From Candidatus Poribacteria bacterium (GTDB taxonomy: Bacteria > Poribacteria > WGA-4E > WGA-3G), in assembly GCA_965242965.1 (NCBI GenBank), contig OZ251518.1, positions 1,024,001 to 1,088,000 on the forward strand: a stretch of 64,000 bases of DNA, given 5' to 3'. Positions 9,505 through 20,266 of this stretch are shown piece by piece. A program made the position numbers and the translations under genes. The notes beneath the pieces were generated by a model. It ran no database searches. It was given only the letters and a program-made list of their open reading frames with translations, and had not been told where the DNA came from. Numbering within the stretch: the first letter of the stretch is position 1; the number at the start of each line of letters is the position of its first letter.

Positions 9505-11573
9505 GGGGAAGATGACTCGAACATTAAGCGTTTGAATAGGATGTCTAGCACGCAAGCATCCGGGATAACGCTGTTCGTGTTTACATAGACTTTATCCGCG
9601 CCTTCGGTTAGATGATGCTCCTCGATGAAACGGTAATCACGTTCATAATCCAATGAATCCCAATCGGCGGTTTCTCGCCAGATAATGGTGACCTGCTCGT
9701 GGTCGACGGTGCCGCGATAGACGAGATAACGTCTGTTGTCACCGTCCGCATAGCATCGCCGGGTTTGGACCGAGATGCCTAGAAGATAGTTGAAGGTTTC
9801 GGGTAAATCTACCTCCTGCGTTTGCACGGTTAAGCCGTTGACGATTTTGAGGTGATAACTGAACGGATGCTGAAGCTCCTTTACGTTGAGGAACGTCGGG
9901 CTCTCGCGGGTTTCCATGTCAAGCATGTAACTGAGTCGAGGTTCGTCGAGGAGCGTCGGCGCGTCGGCCGTTTCTGCGAATTCGATGTTGTTGAGCGCGT
10001 CTTCGTAAGACTCAATGCGCTGGTATTTGATGAGTTGTGAAAGACGACTCTCGCGCGAGACAGGTGTGCCATCTTTCCACTTTTCAGCGTAAATTGCTTT
10101 CATGACGCGCGGTTTGAGGACGGTGTCAAAGTGATGTCCCATCTCGACGAGGATGTATTTGCGTTTGCCGCCATCTTGGCGATTGAGGTTGATAGTGGCG
10201 TGGGCAGTGGTGCCGCTGCCGCCAAAGTAGTCTAGGACAACGTCACCTTTTCCCAGTGAACACACGCGGAGGCAGTCCTCAATTAGATGGATCGATTTCG
10301 GAAAAGGAAAAGCCAAATTATCGCCGAGCATCTTCGTGAGATGCGTAGTTCCGTATGACGTTGCCGCGTATTCGCTCTTGCCCCACCACGTTTTCGGTAG
10401 GATGCCTTCCGAGTTCAGATACCATTTTAAGCGAATAACGATATTTCCGTTCGCGTTGATCCGCGACGAGATTTGAGACAACTTTTCTTGGAGTGTCTCA
10501 ACCTTGTATCGCCATGTCAATTCTCTACCGTCCGTAGGTCTAATTGGCCAGACCTCTGTTTCATCGGGCCGGGGCGATTCCAAAATTCGCCATTTCTTAG
10601 ATTCATCATCCCATTCCATCTTTGGAATTCGGACACGGTTTTCCTGCACAAAAAGAGGATAAAACAAACGTGGGCGCGATTCGCGTAGTTTATTGGGGCC
10701 TCCGCTATCGTTCCTAACGCCTACCCATTTAAACCGGCCACATGCGTCAACTTCTGAGTAACTCTTCAATTGTTCTTCAGACCATTGCACGCGGCCAACT
10801 TGCGAAGCCTTGCTGATGCCACAGAATATGACATACTCGTGAGCGGCAGCGAATCCTGTTGGCGTTGGGCGACCCGGTGGGTGACTGCAAACTGCAGCAA
10901 CTCCCAATTCGTTTTCTTTTCCAAATACCGTCCAGAGAGCATGCCTTAGGTTAGGACTCTCCACATCATCGATTGCGGCGCAAAGAATGCCATTGTCTGC
11001 TAACAGTTTTTGTGAGACAGCAATTCGGTCAAGAACTAGCGACAACCACGAGGAGTCTCGGTAGTTGTTCTTATACAGAATCGGAGAACCCTTTGTGTTG
11101 TAAGGCGGATCGATGTAGATGGCCTTGAGGGATTCGCGGTATTTCGCCGTGAGGAGGTTTAACGCCTGAAAGTTCTCACCGTAGATGAGAACGCCATCGG
11201 TTTCGGCATCCAGATTGTTAAAGCATGCCACGAGCCGGTCTTGAAAATCGGTGGAGAAGTGGACGGTATCCAAGACGAGATTCGGGTGTTGTTTGAGGAA
11301 ATCGACGGTTAGCGGTTCGGAATAATCTGCGCCGATGAGGTTGCCATTGATTTCATCGATGCTGAAGAGGGATTTCCACGCGTTGCGTTGCGCGATATTC
11401 TCGGCGATTTCGGGGTAGAATGCCTCTGGCACGCGGTCAAGTGTCATGCAATAGTGCGTGGAGAGGACGAACTTCTTTTTGAGCCAGAGGCGTTTCTGGA
11501 ACTCTTCAATGTGCGCGAGGAAGTTGATGATGTCGGTGGCGATGGCGTGAACGGTGCGCGCGGTTTCAAGCAT
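9501..11573 (-). CDS. mod: Type III R-M Mod subunit (N6-adenine MTase), catalytic C-terminal part, out of frame with the N-terminal part
   Basis: GENFQAL, IYIDPPYN (motif IV), FPKS and LDYFGGSGTT (motif I), in beta-class order. Confidence 0.88.
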   Translation of the reverse strand: MLETARTVHAIATDIINFLAHIEEFQKRLWLKKKFVLSTHYCMTLDRVPEAFYPEIAENIAQRNAWKSLFSIDEINGNLIGADYSEPLTVDFLKQHPNLVLDTVHFSTDFQDRLVACFNNLDAETDGVLIYGENFQALNLLTAKYRESLKAIYIDPPYNTKGSPILYKNNYRDSSWLSLVLDRIAVSQKLLADNGILCAAIDDVESPNLRHALWTVFGKENELGVAAVCSHPPGRPTPTGFAAAHEYVIFCGISKASQVGRVQWSEEQLKSYSEVDACGRFKWVGVRNDSGGPNKLRESRPRLFYPLFVQENRVRIPKMEWDDESKKWRILESPRPDETEVWPIRPTDGRELTWRYKVETLQEKLSQISSRINANGNIVIRLKWYLNSEGILPKTWWGKSEYAATSYGTTHLTKMLGDNLAFPFPKSIHLIEDCLRVCSLGKGDVVLDYFGGSGTTAHATINLNRQDGGKRKYILVEMGHHFDTVLKPRVMKAIYAEKWKDGTPVSRESRLSQLIKYQRIESYEDALNNIEFAETADAPTLLDEPRLSYMLDMETRESPTFLNVKELQHPFSYHLKIVNGLTVQTQEVDLPETFNYLLGISVQTRRCYADGDNRRYLVYRGTVDHEQVTIIWRETADWDSLDYERDYRFIEEHHLTEGADKVYVNTNSVIPDACVLDILFKRLMFESSSP

Positions 11574-12670
11574 CGAGACCGGGAGGTCTCTCCTACTAGA
11601 AGATGTCGAGACCGGGAGGTCTCGCCTACTGGGGACATCGCTCTCGACCCCCCCCCTTCGCTTACTGTCTGTTTAGTATTATCGGCGATGAGGGTGCTGA
11701 GTTGCACGACTTCGTTTTTGAGGTAAAAGTCAAGTTCGCGGGTGAGGAAGCCGCCCAGGTCTTTGTGGATAAAGAAGTCGGCGGTGTTGCCGCGGGTATA
11801 GGCGCGTAGGTGCTTTTTGAGCGTTGTCACGTCGCCGATGCGGTGATTCAACGCAGCGAGCGCGTCAAAATTGCTGCTGACGCGTTTTAAGATGTCCTCT
11901 TCAGCGGCGTTGATAATTTTGTCCTGCTGCTTTGTGCCGGTGTAACGCTGCTTCTCGGCATCGGTGAGGGGCCGGAATTCAAACGGTATGCGGATTTCGG
12001 CATCGGTGCAGACTACTTCATCGGCGATGGGGATGAAGAAGCGTTTGGTGCCTTGGACGTTATCTTTTTCAACGTTAATGTCGCGAAGCGCGAAGGTGAT
12101 GGACATCCCTTGCGAATTGAATTGATAGGCGGCGAAGTGTTCGCCGCTTTTGACGTAATACTGTTCGCGGTTTGCCCAGTGGAGGTAAATTTCCTCGCCG
12201 TTATAGGGAATGGCGTATCGTTCGGTTTGCGCGTAGCGTCGGCGCGGGATGAAGTCGCCGGTTTCGTAATAGCGCGAAAAGAAGGTATAAAGGTGATTGA
12301 AGATTGCTTCTTCTCGTTGTGCGCGGGAGCGCGGGGAGCCGTGTTGCGCTTTCGCGGTGAGGTATTCCTGCACCAAAGGTGTCTCGCGGAATTTCTCGTT
12401 GATGAGATTTCCGTCTGCGTCCAGCACATCGTCGCCGAGGGTTTTTCGGAGGGTGGCTGCGCGTTCGTCAAGTTCTTGGCGTGCGGATTCGGTGCCGGCG
12501 TTCTGATCCAGTGCGGCGTTAACGCGCGCGGGGAGTTCATCGTTGATGAACTTCTCGAACTGTGCGCGCCGGAAGTTGATGATGCGGTATATGCCGAAAT
12601 CCAGGTCTGCCGCGTCGGCGCGGAAGAGGGAGTGGAGTAGGGTTTGTAGTTTTTGTTGTGCTTCTTGCAC
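11444..12670 (-). CDS. mod: Type III R-M Mod subunit N-terminal part, ending in a G9 tract plus two REP copies (frameshift)
   Basis: GTG start with a GGAG RBS. ADLDFGIYRI, FFSRYYETGDF, LHWANREQYYVK and DFFIHKDLGGFL are typical of long Mod N-termini. The frame changes at 11648-11656. Confidence 0.82.
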   Translation of the reverse strand: MQEAQQKLQTLLHSLFRADAADLDFGIYRIINFRRAQFEKFINDELPARVNAALDQNAGTESARQELDERAATLRKTLGDDVLDADGNLINEKFRETPLVQEYLTAKAQHGSPRSRAQREEAIFNHLYTFFSRYYETGDFIPRRRYAQTERYAIPYNGEEIYLHWANREQYYVKSGEHFAAYQFNSQGMSITFALRDINVEKDNVQGTKRFFIPIADEVVCTDAEIRIPFEFRPLTDAEKQRYTGTKQQDKIINAAEEDILKRVSSNFDALAALNHRIGDVTTLKKHLRAYTRGNTADFFIHKDLGGFLTRELDFYLKNEVVQLSTLIADNTKQTVSEGGGSRAMSPVGETSRSRHLLVGETSRSRCLKPRAPFTPSPPTSSTSSRTLKSSRNASGSKRSSSSPRTIA

Positions 12671-12730
12671 TTGCGGCTCCTGTCGTCGCGAATTTTGCTG
12701 GTTATTCAGCGGTTTATTTTGTTACTATAT

Positions 12731-12759
12731 ATTATACGATATTCTGTGGGGAAAGTCAA
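12731..12759 (-). promoter_or_regulatory. sigma70-type promoter for mod
   Basis: Minus strand TTGACT-17 bp-TATAAT. Confidence 0.7.
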
Positions 12760-12780
12760 GAAAAAAATGAGTAGGAGATG

Positions 12781-12972
12781 ATCAGGATTTTGAGCAGGAT
12801 TTTCAAGAAAAGACAAGATTAGCAAGATTTTGGGGTTCTGATGCATCGAATACCCCGTGGCCTGCCACAACGGTACCGGTGCGTCAGAGACCTAATCCTG
12901 AAAATCGTGTAAATCGTGTAAATCCTGCTCTAAATCGTGTAAATCCTGCTCCTAATCATGTAAATCCTGCTC
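12781..12972. repeat. 9-bp-period GGATTT/AAATCC repeat block with inverted halves
   Basis: GCAGGATTTT..AAGATT on the left and (AAATCGTGT)n AAATCCTGCTC on the right. Confidence 0.8.
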
Positions 12973-12989
12973 CGGTTTGGAAAAATTGT

Positions 12990-13018
12990 TTGCAATAAAG
13001 GTGATTTTGTGGTAAACT
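12990..13018 (+). promoter_or_regulatory. sigma70-type promoter for the paralog triplet
   Basis: TTGCAA-17 bp-TAAACT with TG extension. Confidence 0.55.
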
Positions 13019-13066
13019 ATGTTTTGAAAGCATTTTGACTTAATGAAACCGGACAGGAGTGAAATC

Positions 13067-13408
13067 ATGACAGAGAAAGAATTTCGGGAATTTCGCGAAG
13101 ACGTGAAAGAGCGGTTGGTGCGCTTGGAAGGGGAAGTCGCCTATAATCGCCGCGGCATTGATGCGAATCGCCGCGGGATTGATGAGAATCTCCGTCGGAT
13201 TGATGAGAATCACCACGAGATGCAGGCGGATGTTCGGCGTTTGGAGAACGCCGTTGCGCGGGTGGAATCGACTGTGCAGGTGATTCTAACGATGCTGGAG
13301 GAGCGCGAAAAGCATGAAAAACGGAATCGGACGGTGCTAGGTATCATCGTAGGTGCGGCGAGCACGGTGATAGCGGCTGTCGTCAGTTTCTTCATGAGCC
13401 AGCCCTAA
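13067..13408 (+). CDS. Small coiled-coil protein with C-terminal TM helix (paralog 1 of 3)
   Basis: AGGAG RBS. N-terminus MTEKEFREFREDVKERLVRLE, heptad NRRGIDx repeats, hydrophobic C-terminus. Confidence 0.8.
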   Translation: MTEKEFREFREDVKERLVRLEGEVAYNRRGIDANRRGIDENLRRIDENHHEMQADVRRLENAVARVESTVQVILTMLEEREKHEKRNRTVLGIIVGAASTVIAAVVSFFMSQP

Positions 13409-13474
13409 TGCCTTGCCGCACGCGAACACGTGGGGCACGCCGGAAACAAAACCGATGCGAAAAGGAGTGAAATC

Positions 13475-13816
13475 ATGACTGAAAAAGAATTTCAGGAATT
13501 TCGGGAAGACGTGAAAGAGCGGTTGGTGCGTTTGGAAACGGAGCAGGTGGAGTTCCGCCGTCGCTTGGAAACGGGGTTAGCAGAGAATCGCCGCAGCAGT
13601 GATGACAATCGCCGCGGGATCGAAGCTGTAAATGTGAAGGTGCAGGAGGTGCAGCTTGCGGTGGAAGAGATTCGGGCGGATGTGCGCGTCATCCTGACGA
13701 AGTTAGATGAACGTGAAAAGCACCAGAAACGGAATTTGACGGTGTGGGGTGTCGTCATCGCGGGGGCGAGCGCGCTTGTCTCGGCTGTCGTTAGTTTCTT
13801 TTCGACGCGGCCCTAG
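13475..13816 (+). CDS. Small coiled-coil protein with C-terminal TM helix (paralog 2 of 3)
   Basis: AGGAG RBS and the same N-terminus. C-terminal half identical to paralog 3. Confidence 0.8.
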   Translation: MTEKEFQEFREDVKERLVRLETEQVEFRRRLETGLAENRRSSDDNRRGIEAVNVKVQEVQLAVEEIRADVRVILTKLDEREKHQKRNLTVWGVVIAGASALVSAVVSFFSTRP

Positions 13817-13920
13817 CGGCGATTAGGGGCGCGCTTAACTCTGCTTTAGAAAGGCGGATGCCAAACCGAACCACGGAGACGGCTGTGATGTTTGTCTCTG
13901 ATGCTAAAAGGAGTTGAATC

Positions 13921-14229
13921 ATGACTGAAAAGGAATTTCGTGACTTTCGCGATGACGTGAAAGAGCGGTTGGTGCGCTTGGAAGGTGAGGTCTCGTATAA
14001 TCGCCGCGGGATTGACGAAAACCACCGCGAGATTCAAGCCGTGAATGTGAAAGTGCAGGCGTTGCAGCTTGCGGTGGAAGAGATTCGGGCGGATGTGCGT
14101 GTCATCTTGACGAAGTTAGATGAACGTGAGAAGCACCAGAAACGGAATTTGACGGTGTGGGGTGTCGTCATCGCGGGGGCGAGCGCGCTTGTCTCGGCTG
14201 TCGTTAGTTTCTTTTCGACGCGGCCCTAG
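13921..14229 (+). CDS. Small coiled-coil protein with C-terminal TM helix (paralog 3 of 3)
   Basis: AGGAG RBS. N-half resembles paralog 1 and C-half resembles paralog 2. Confidence 0.8.
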   Translation: MTEKEFRDFRDDVKERLVRLEGEVSYNRRGIDENHREIQAVNVKVQALQLAVEEIRADVRVILTKLDEREKHQKRNLTVWGVVIAGASALVSAVVSFFSTRP

Positions 14230-14241
14230 CGGCGATTGAGG

Positions 14242-14422
14242 GCATCGAGAGCGGGAGTATTGCATCGAGACCTAGAGATCGCGGGGGAAACCCGCTCGGA
14301 TGCGCGTGTGGCATCCGAGGGCCCCGCGCTACGGTGAGGTGAGGGTGCCGTGTGAAATTGCATCGAGACCGGGAGGTCTCTCCTACCGGGATATTGCATC
14401 GAGACCGGGAGGTCTCTCCTAC
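14242..14422. repeat. REP cluster (nested-hairpin A variant and two B units)
   Basis: GCGGGGGAAACCCGCTCGGATGCGCGTGTGGCATCCGAGGGCCCCGCGCTAC and 2x GCATCGAGACCGGGAGGTCTCTCCTAC. Confidence 0.9.
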
Positions 14423-14449
14423 AATAAAATGACATGGATAAAAAATTTC

Positions 14450-14478
14450 TTGACAAAAAAGCGCGAATATGTGATAAT
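14450..14478 (+). promoter_or_regulatory. sigma70-type promoter for guaB
   Basis: TTGACA-17 bp-GATAAT. Confidence 0.65.
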
Positions 14479-14557
14479 ATTGTCACCGTTAGTGAAAAAC
14501 GTTCAAAAACCTGCATTGCGCAGGCGAGAGGATAGGGTTTTCTGTTTTGTAGCGTAA

Positions 14558-16069
<1,512 letters not shown>

Positions 16070-16151
16070 AGGACAGACGCGAATGCCACGATTTTTTACG
16101 GGTTCGTTTCGCGTCTTTTCTAACTGATCTAACCGAGAAAGGAACGCTGTT

Positions 16152-16700
16152 ATGAAAGTTAACGAAGAAATGTCGTTTTGGGATAGACTCTATATCCCGG
16201 CTTTGCTCAAGGGCATGTTGACGACGTTGAAGCATATCCCGAAGAAGAAGTTCACCTATCAGTATCCGGAAGACCCGAGGAGCGTCACCGAGCGCAACGA
16301 GCGGTATCGGGGGATTCACAAGTTGACGACAACGGACAAGGACGAGATCAAGTGCGTTGCGTGCTTCTTATGCGCCACGGCGTGTCCTGCTGATTGCATC
16401 ACGATTCAGGCCGCGCCTGCGCCTGAAGGCTGGACGACGAAGGAAGGGTATCCGCGCGAGAAGTATCCGGATGTCTTTGAGATTAACATGCTGCGGTGCA
16501 TTTTCTGCGGCTACTGCGTTGAGGCGTGCCCGGAGGATGCTATCCGCATGACGGGTTTGACGTTGCCGCAGTATTTCCGGGAGCGGCAGCAGGCGGGAGA
16601 GAGCCTCGGTAGCAACCGGAAGGATTTCATTTTCGACCGGGGTATGCTCGTCGCGAACAACGATATTCCGCAGGAAGGGCTCAGCGTTGAGGCACAGTAG
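16152..16700 (+). CDS. nuoI: NADH-quinone oxidoreductase subunit I (2x4Fe-4S)
   Basis: TYQYPE, RYRGIH, CVACFLCATACP and INMLRCIFCGYCVEACP. Confidence 0.92.
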   Translation: MKVNEEMSFWDRLYIPALLKGMLTTLKHIPKKKFTYQYPEDPRSVTERNERYRGIHKLTTTDKDEIKCVACFLCATACPADCITIQAAPAPEGWTTKEGYPREKYPDVFEINMLRCIFCGYCVEACPEDAIRMTGLTLPQYFRERQQAGESLGSNRKDFIFDRGMLVANNDIPQEGLSVEAQ

Positions 16701-17277
16701 GAGTAGGCGCGAGCGCGGGCATCCGTCTCATCTCCATGCGCCGTTTCCGAACAAACGGTATGACATCATCTACGCTGATCCGCCGTGGGATTACAAGGGG
16801 CAGCTTCAGCATACGGGTGCCGGTGGCCGAGACAGCGGTGGCGCGGTTCGGCATTACCGGACAGTCCCTGTTTCGGAGATGGCGGCGTGGGATATCGCGG
16901 CGATTAGCGCGGCGGATTGTCTCCTCTTTATGTGGAGTTCCTCGCCGCATCTGGACCAGGCGATAACCCTCGGCAAGGCGTGGGGCTTCCAATGGGCCAC
17001 CGTGGCGTTTGTCTGGGATAAGCAGGCTGTGAACCCCGGTTTCTACACGATGAGCCAGTGCGAATTGTGCCTTGTTTTCAAACGGGGTAAGATTCCGCAG
17101 CCGCGCGGTGCGAGAAACGTGAGACAGCTGGTGCAGGCGAAACGGACGCGCCATTCTGAAAAGCCGGATGCGGTGCGGGACCGGATTGACGCGATGTTTC
17201 CGCACCATCGTAAGATTGAGCTCTTCGCACGCAAGCAGAGCCCAGGATGGGATGTGTGGGGGCTTGAGAGCGGGTAG
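16687..17277 (+). CDS. MT-A70 family N6-adenine methyltransferase (start uncertain)
   Basis: YDIIYADPPW, LFMW, WDK, HSEKPD and IELFAR..GWDVWG. Confidence 0.88.
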   Translation: MRHSRSRRERGHPSHLHAPFPNKRYDIIYADPPWDYKGQLQHTGAGGRDSGGAVRHYRTVPVSEMAAWDIAAISAADCLLFMWSSSPHLDQAITLGKAWGFQWATVAFVWDKQAVNPGFYTMSQCELCLVFKRGKIPQPRGARNVRQLVQAKRTRHSEKPDAVRDRIDAMFPHHRKIELFARKQSPGWDVWGLESG

Positions 17278-17423
17278 TTAAGAGCATTGAGACCGGCATT
17301 GCATCGAGCCCCGAGGTCTCGCCTACCGGGGAGATGTCGGGTTCCTCTGTAGTTTGCGCTCGCCTGAGCGCAAACAGGATATCCTTCATAACTGGAGGGA
17401 TTGAATTTATTGAATTTATTGAC

Positions 17424-20255
17424 ATGCAGAGTTTATCACTGAATTTTCAAACAGAGACGCTTCATGCGTTAACTGATAAAATCAAAGCGGGGATGGAAGG
17501 CCGGATAAGTTGGGGTGATACCTTCGGGCTCGCGCTGGGGCTGGAGGGGGACAAACACCTCATCGTCTGGACACCGAAGGAGACATCCGAGAGCGAGATT
17601 TTGCCGGGCTTCGATGCGGAAGATGGCACGCTTACGTTGAAGATGAAGCCGCGTCCGGGGGCGTGGGTGTCTTGGATTGACGAGACACGTGTGAGTTCGG
17701 AAACCCAGGATGACCACGAGCGAGTTTATCGGAGTGTTCATGAGTTAGAACGCAATGCGCGCCAGATTACGGATTTCGCCGATGGGGTTCTCGCCGAGAT
17801 TCTCGTTCAACATTTAGGCACGACGCACAAACTTTCCACGCTCACCCAGGAAATCTTGCAATCGCGCTTGGCCGTGCCGAGCACTATCAAAACGGGCGGC
17901 TACATTCTCGCGCAAGGCACCGATGACGACACGGGGGAGATTCCTCCGGCGACGGTGATTATTCCGGAACAAACCCACATTCATCGGATACATCTCAACG
18001 AAGATGTGCTGCTGGAGACGCTTCAGGAGGAGAAGAGCCATGATGTGCTGCTTGTCGTGTTACGGACGCACATCCGACAGTATCCGGACCTGATTGATTT
18101 AGAATACTGCTTGACGTTGCAGTTACGGTTGGCTGATGGGGCTTCGCCGAAATCGGATATTGAGGAAGCGGCGGAGCTGCCCGGAGAAGAAGAGGAGAAG
18201 AACGCCGCGAAACCTCCGCCTGTCCGGGTCCTCGCAACTGCTGCTGCTTACGAACCGCTTGAGCCGGAGTTGCTGAAGTTGACACCTATCGCGTTCACCG
18301 CGCCTCTGGAAGAGATTGCGGCGGCGATTCACGCGAGTTCCGAGTATGTTGATACCTACATGGTGAAGGCGAACCAGTATGCCTCTCAACTGATGGCGGA
18401 ATTTCAGCAAGGCGTGGAGACGCGGTTGCGAGCCTTGGTTTTGAGCCCGGGCCAGCGTGTGCATAACAAGGTTTGGGATGGGCTTGTGACGCAGGAGCTG
18501 CGGAATACCCTTGAGACGTTTGTGTCTTACTACGCCGATTATCTCACCGAACATTTTGAGGAAGAAGCCGCGAAGGCGAAGGTTGAGGCACTGAAACAGA
18601 GCCTTGAGCCGCTGATAGAATTTTGGCAGTTGCAGGATAGCCAGCAAGTCACGTTGAACCACCTGATTCAGTCAAGTTATCGTCTGACGAATCAGGTGTT
18701 GGATAGAGCTGCCGGGCTGTTTCATGAATTGATGTTCGAGAAGGACTTCATCGGTGCTGGGCTTGTGGCACCGGTGTCACTTCTTAATTTTGAGAATGGC
18801 GAGCTGCTGGACGAGATTTACCTGCCGACCTGGACGCGGGCTAGCGTGCGGGAGAAGATTGCGGGTATCCAGCTCCGTTCAACTTACCATGAGAAGCAGA
18901 TTGAACGCCTGCGCAATATCTGGCTAGAGTTGCTTGCGTTGGCGAACTTCGCGAGTCAGCATCGGCAAGATTTTGAGGCGTTTATTGCGCCGTTGGCAGA
19001 TTTGCTGCTTGCACCGAAGGCGTTGCCGGCGCAGCGGCGGCGGGCGGCGCAGCGGCGGGGGACTCCTGATTTTGCGGGGTTTGAAATCAGTGATGAAGCC
19101 GCGGAGGCGTTGCTGAACCGTGTGAAGTCGCATCTCCCGACGATAAAGTTGTGGCTGGCGAATACGCCGGCGCGGAATGCCGAGAAGGAACCTCACTATG
19201 CAACCTTGTGGACGCTCCTGCTGGATGGGAAGTTGCGGGAGCAGCTGCTGGAGAAGTTTGAGCCGACGTGCGACATCACGCTGAGTGTGCCAGACCAGGC
19301 GAAACGGCTGATTAACCTGACGTTGGGTAGCACGCTGGTTATCCAGAGTGAGCGGGACAGGAAGACGTTGGAGCGGCAACTGAATCGTGCCGTTAATGCG
19401 AAAACGGGACACGAACTGGCGGAGTTGACGAAGGAAGAGTTCCTCGGTATCCATGGGGATGTGCTCCTCGCTTCGCTTCGTGAGGCGTTAGAGGGTTACA
19501 GCGAAACATTGACAAAGCGCGCCGCGCGCCTCAGCAATGCGCCGAAGAGAGCGAAAAATCGGAGACGGGGACAGCAGCGGAAGGCTGTGGATACCGATTC
19601 GCTTGAGGCATTGGAGGCGGAGCAAAAGAAAGTCGCTGATCTCGTCGATTTTCTGAACCCTTACCGGCAGGAAGAATCGGTTGCCGTTTTGGCCGAGGCG
19701 GGGCTCAATCCGCGGGCTGCCACGCTGGAAGACATTCGGAAGAAACAGGTGCTGAGTTTCGATTTGAGCGAACTGCCTGCCATCGGTGAAACGTGGCTTG
19801 AGGGATGCAAGACGGTGGAGGATTACCCGAATCTGCGGGTGTTCCTCCTGCAAAATCAGCTGCCTATTTCGACAGCCGGGCGGCTTTTGATGGAACTGCG
19901 GAATCGTTTTCCGGACGAGCTCTTCAATCACGTCTTGGGTTTAATCCAAGAGGTGAAGGCACTTCAAGCCGCCGAGTATCAAGGCGAGTTGATGGAGCAG
20001 TTTGTGGGCTATCTCGCTGAGAAGGTATGGCGGTGGGAGTTGACGCAGATTACGGAGACGGAGCTGCCGCTGTTGCTGAAGGAGAAGGTGCTCGCCGCGG
20101 CGATTTGCTACGAAAAAGAGGTGGAGTCCTTGATGGAGTTCGTTGAACGTTACGACGAGTTGGTGTCAACGAAGTTGGCGGCTGGTTCGGAGATGGACGG
20201 CCAGCGTCAAAACTTGGAGGCGCAGTTTCAGGCGATTGTTGAGACGCTGCTGTGA
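17424..20255 (+). CDS. Large hypothetical protein (about 943 aa, largely helical)
   Basis: Long ORF with typical codon usage. No recognisable motif. The ORF's upstream extension lies in REP sequence. Confidence 0.75.
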   Translation: MQSLSLNFQTETLHALTDKIKAGMEGRISWGDTFGLALGLEGDKHLIVWTPKETSESEILPGFDAEDGTLTLKMKPRPGAWVSWIDETRVSSETQDDHERVYRSVHELERNARQITDFADGVLAEILVQHLGTTHKLSTLTQEILQSRLAVPSTIKTGGYILAQGTDDDTGEIPPATVIIPEQTHIHRIHLNEDVLLETLQEEKSHDVLLVVLRTHIRQYPDLIDLEYCLTLQLRLADGASPKSDIEEAAELPGEEEEKNAAKPPPVRVLATAAAYEPLEPELLKLTPIAFTAPLEEIAAAIHASSEYVDTYMVKANQYASQLMAEFQQGVETRLRALVLSPGQRVHNKVWDGLVTQELRNTLETFVSYYADYLTEHFEEEAAKAKVEALKQSLEPLIEFWQLQDSQQVTLNHLIQSSYRLTNQVLDRAAGLFHELMFEKDFIGAGLVAPVSLLNFENGELLDEIYLPTWTRASVREKIAGIQLRSTYHEKQIERLRNIWLELLALANFASQHRQDFEAFIAPLADLLLAPKALPAQRRRAAQRRGTPDFAGFEISDEAAEALLNRVKSHLPTIKLWLANTPARNAEKEPHYATLWTLLLDGKLREQLLEKFEPTCDITLSVPDQAKRLINLTLGSTLVIQSERDRKTLERQLNRAVNAKTGHELAELTKEEFLGIHGDVLLASLREALEGYSETLTKRAARLSNAPKRAKNRRRGQQRKAVDTDSLEALEAEQKKVADLVDFLNPYRQEESVAVLAEAGLNPRAATLEDIRKKQVLSFDLSELPAIGETWLEGCKTVEDYPNLRVFLLQNQLPISTAGRLLMELRNRFPDELFNHVLGLIQEVKALQAAEYQGELMEQFVGYLAEKVWRWELTQITETELPLLLKEKVLAAAICYEKEVESLMEFVERYDELVSTKLAAGSEMDGQRQNLEAQFQAIVETLL

Positions 20256-20266
20256 AGGGATAATTC

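Noticed and set aside
13067-14229. Prophage holin cluster
   Set aside because: No phage structural, lysis or integrase genes nearby. Architecture alone is insufficient.
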